NCBI GenBank assembly: GCA_958009085.1
Contig: OY253671.1
Coordinates: 806,001-870,000, forward strand
DNA length: 64,000 nt
Reading direction: 5' to 3'
DNA from: Protoeuglena noctilucae
Lineage: Eukaryota
Shown: positions 61,582 through 64,000 of the stretch, piece by piece
How the letters are laid out: each line of letters opens with the position of its first letter
Numbering within the stretch: position 1 is the stretch's first letter
Notes under the pieces: model-generated
Told to the model about the DNA's origin: nothing
Database searches by the model: none
Seen by the model: the letters and a program-made list of their open reading frames with translations, nothing else
Program-made: the position numbers and the translations under genes

Positions 61582-61905
61582 GGTTTTTCGACGGCCGGCC
61601 AGGACCGGAGCCTGCCCCGCTCTCGACGATCCGGACCCGGCGAGGCTGGGGCGAGAAAGCGGCTGGTCGACTTGTTCTGTTATGTGTCCAACTGTCGCTG
61701 GTCGCTCTCAGACACTGAGACAGGACGTCCTTGCCAGAGGCGGGATTCCGGCGCGTCTGTCCACAGTGTCCGGGCCCGCCATTTGAAATCGGCGAGTTTG
61801 ACAGGCGTACCCGCGCCGCAGATAGTTCTAATTCAATGAAAGCATTAGGTCAGGGGGCCGCTAAGGTGTCACTCAAGGGGGTTCTAGGGATCCCAGCTCG
61901 CCCGG

Positions 61906-63295
61906 TCACGAGGGCAGCTTGAAGTTGGTGTTCATCTTCCAACTCAAGTAATAGTAGTAGAAGAAGTCCCCGTACAGCGCCGTCTGCAGCGCACCCCCGA
62001 TCCACGAGTGCCAATCCACGTGACCCTCGTACCAGTACCTGCATCGTGCGAGACACCTGATGTCCTCAGCACTTGTGATGCGTGAAGAGCACGCGGCATC
62101 ATCCAAGGCGACAAGCGCGTCCAGCCACTCGTTGCCACGCATGCCATTTGTTGCCGACGAGCGGGGGGGGATTGAATAGCAGCACCCGCCCACCTGTAGA
62201 CCCAGTTGAGGATGTAAAAGGACCGGTACGTGCCCAGGAGGAAGACGTAGTTGGCAGTCAGGTTGTCGATGTTCCTCGTGTGCTGGAGCATGATCTGCGG
62301 GCGGAGGGTGGGGCAGGCATGGCCTGGCCGCCGCAAATGGGGCCCAGGCACTTGGAAGCGCGGGCCTATCCCGCGTGGGCCTGCACCGCTCACGCCCCGC
62401 CCTCACCAGCTGCGGGAGGATGGTCACCGCCTCCAGGTAAATGGAGAAGGTCCAGAGCACCTCGCGGGACATGGGCACCCACCCGTGCGCGAAGCGACGG
62501 TTGAACGTGAGGACGCCCAGCACGGCGGCGGGGACGATCAGGAAAAGGATGCGGAACGAGTCCTGTGCGCGGGGACAGCAGGCGCTTCGAGCTCAGCTCC
62601 CACTCGCCAGCGGCAGGGTCGCAGTCGTGCGCCACGGCGTGACCCCCCACCTGCTCTTTGTTGTACGTTCGCTTGATCTTCTCATCCCGGGTCATCAGCC
62701 AGATGGTGTAGCCCGTCGCCCCGATGAAGAGGAGCTTCATGATCGTGTTGTACGGAGACACCAATAGCATCTGGAGGAGCGGCAGGACGAACTGCGGGCG
62801 AACAGCGGATAACACTCGCTTCCGCCTGTGGGGGTAACGGGGCATCAGGGGCCGCAGGCGCGGCCGCCGCTGGCGTCGCGGCGTGGTGCTGCCCTCACCG
62901 CGAGGAGGGCCGTGACGGCGTCGATATACCGCGCCACGAACACCATGAGATACAGAAGCTGGGTCTTGAGCGAAACGCCCGCGCAGGAGTTGACCACGCG
63001 GATCTTGAGGAGCAGGACGATGAACGACATGACGTGCGCCATGTCGCCCACGAATCTGCACGCAGCCGGCGTTCCCAGCTCTCGATACGCAGAACGCGCG
63101 GCCAGGACGCGAACGGTGGGCGGCCGGGCAGAAGCGCCGCTCGGGGGCCCCTCGGGCACAAGCAGACTTTGCCGGCAACCCTTCCCCTCCGCGGGCGCAG
63201 CCCATCGCCGCAGCTCAAGCAAATGTGTTCTCATGACCCGTGCCATCGCAAGCGCAACAGCGTGCGGCAGCCCAGCGTCACCTGAACAAGTTCAT
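61906..63295 (-). CDS. ERD2: ER lumen protein-retaining (KDEL/HDEL) receptor, 6 exons
   Basis: MNLFR|FVGDMAHVMSFIVLLLKI...SCAGVSLKTQLLY...ARYID...YNTIMK...DSFRI...LWTFSIYLEAVTILPQL...YVFLLGTYRSFYILNWVYR|Y...LQTALYGDFFYYY...FKLPS*. Confidence 0.97.
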
Positions 63296-64000
63296 GTGTG
63301 CGAACGAGAGGGGGGCGGTGGCATGGCCCCCGACGTGATGATGCGGAGGGATGACCCCGCCCGAACCCGGTGGGACTGTGAAGGTCATCTTCGGGCCCTC
63401 AAGGATCCCCGGGCGTCCCTGACCGCGGCCGGAGGCCTAGATGATCGCCGCGGCAGCAATTCACGGGCCCAGCCCGCGATCCCCGGCCAGAGGCCAAGTG
63501 CAGGGACGATGCAAGCGAGTCCGACTGTCAGGAGTATCAAGCGAGCTCCCAAGGCGCCATCGACCGCTTGCTGGGCACGCTGAGCAACGAGTAGCGGGGG
63601 TGTCGCGCAAACTTTCCCAGACTTCGCGAGAACTCCAGTCACCCAATGCCTCTCGCACGCATGACGGCTCGGGGGCTCCAGGGAGGCCCACGAGCGCATC
63701 GCCAGTGCGCGCCTCGCCCGTGTCAGGTGTGGTTTGTCACGCCTGCCGTCAAAGCAGCTGCTCGCGGGGGTCGGCTCGGTGTTTTCATCGTTCTGCAGAG
63801 TGGAAGGTGCTCCACGTCCGCACGTCGTCAGTGCACACGCGGGCTGGTTCCCCCCCTTGCGTGGGTCCTCGCGTCTCGCGATCATGGAGCAGACGACCTT
63901 TGTGCATACCAGAGTCAGCGGTGCGTGCGGGCGTCGTGCGCAGCGCGCCCAGCGCGCCTGGGGACGCCGCACACGGGGGGACCCTCGATTGCAACAATTT

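Noticed and set aside
1..64000. Hundreds of long overlapping ORFs on both strands
   Set aside because: Expected from stop-codon scarcity at high GC. The A/R/P/G-rich translations are shadow frames of spliced genes, not a prokaryote-like gene set.
1..64000. Introner-like mobile intron family as a cause of the GC donors
   Set aside because: I saw no shared internal sequence or terminal repeats among the GC-AG introns beyond the splice consensus. An all-vs-all intron alignment would settle it.
63323..64000. Gene at the right edge (either strand)
   Set aside because: Splice-like signals on + and a 195-aa ORF on - conflict, and neither translation is recognisable within the window.

Overview
This window is nuclear DNA of a very GC-rich (roughly 70% by eye), gene-dense, intron-rich eukaryote, most likely a green alga: it carries several nucleus-encoded plastid-type genes (PRPL29, Ycf45-like, DUF2358, At5g03900-like). 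Most ORFs in the six-frame track are GC-content artefacts or exon/intron fragments. Manual splicing gives about 22 genes: SHPRH-type SNF2-RING helicase, Tim44/mL45-domain protein, MYST acetyltransferase, PRPL29, CCDC124, VPS53, CHZ-motif acidic protein, a probable SHOC1/ZIP2 meiotic crossover protein, mitochondrial bL17, At5g03900-like, a TSET/TPLATE TWD40-2-like WD40 protein, Ycf45-like ATPase, ICP55/XPNPEP3, ACOT9, SKP1, ERD2 and several unknowns. I found no rRNA, tRNA, CRISPR array or transposon, and no clear novel multi-gene system. The most unusual signal is splicing: at least 18 introns across 12 genes appear to use GC-AG, with consensus AG|GC(G/A)AG, far above the ~1% usually quoted. 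The divergent SHOC1-like gene (a hint of meiosis) and the TSET subunit are the next most notable. Family calls rest on recalled motifs, not database searches, and gene ends are approximate where stated.
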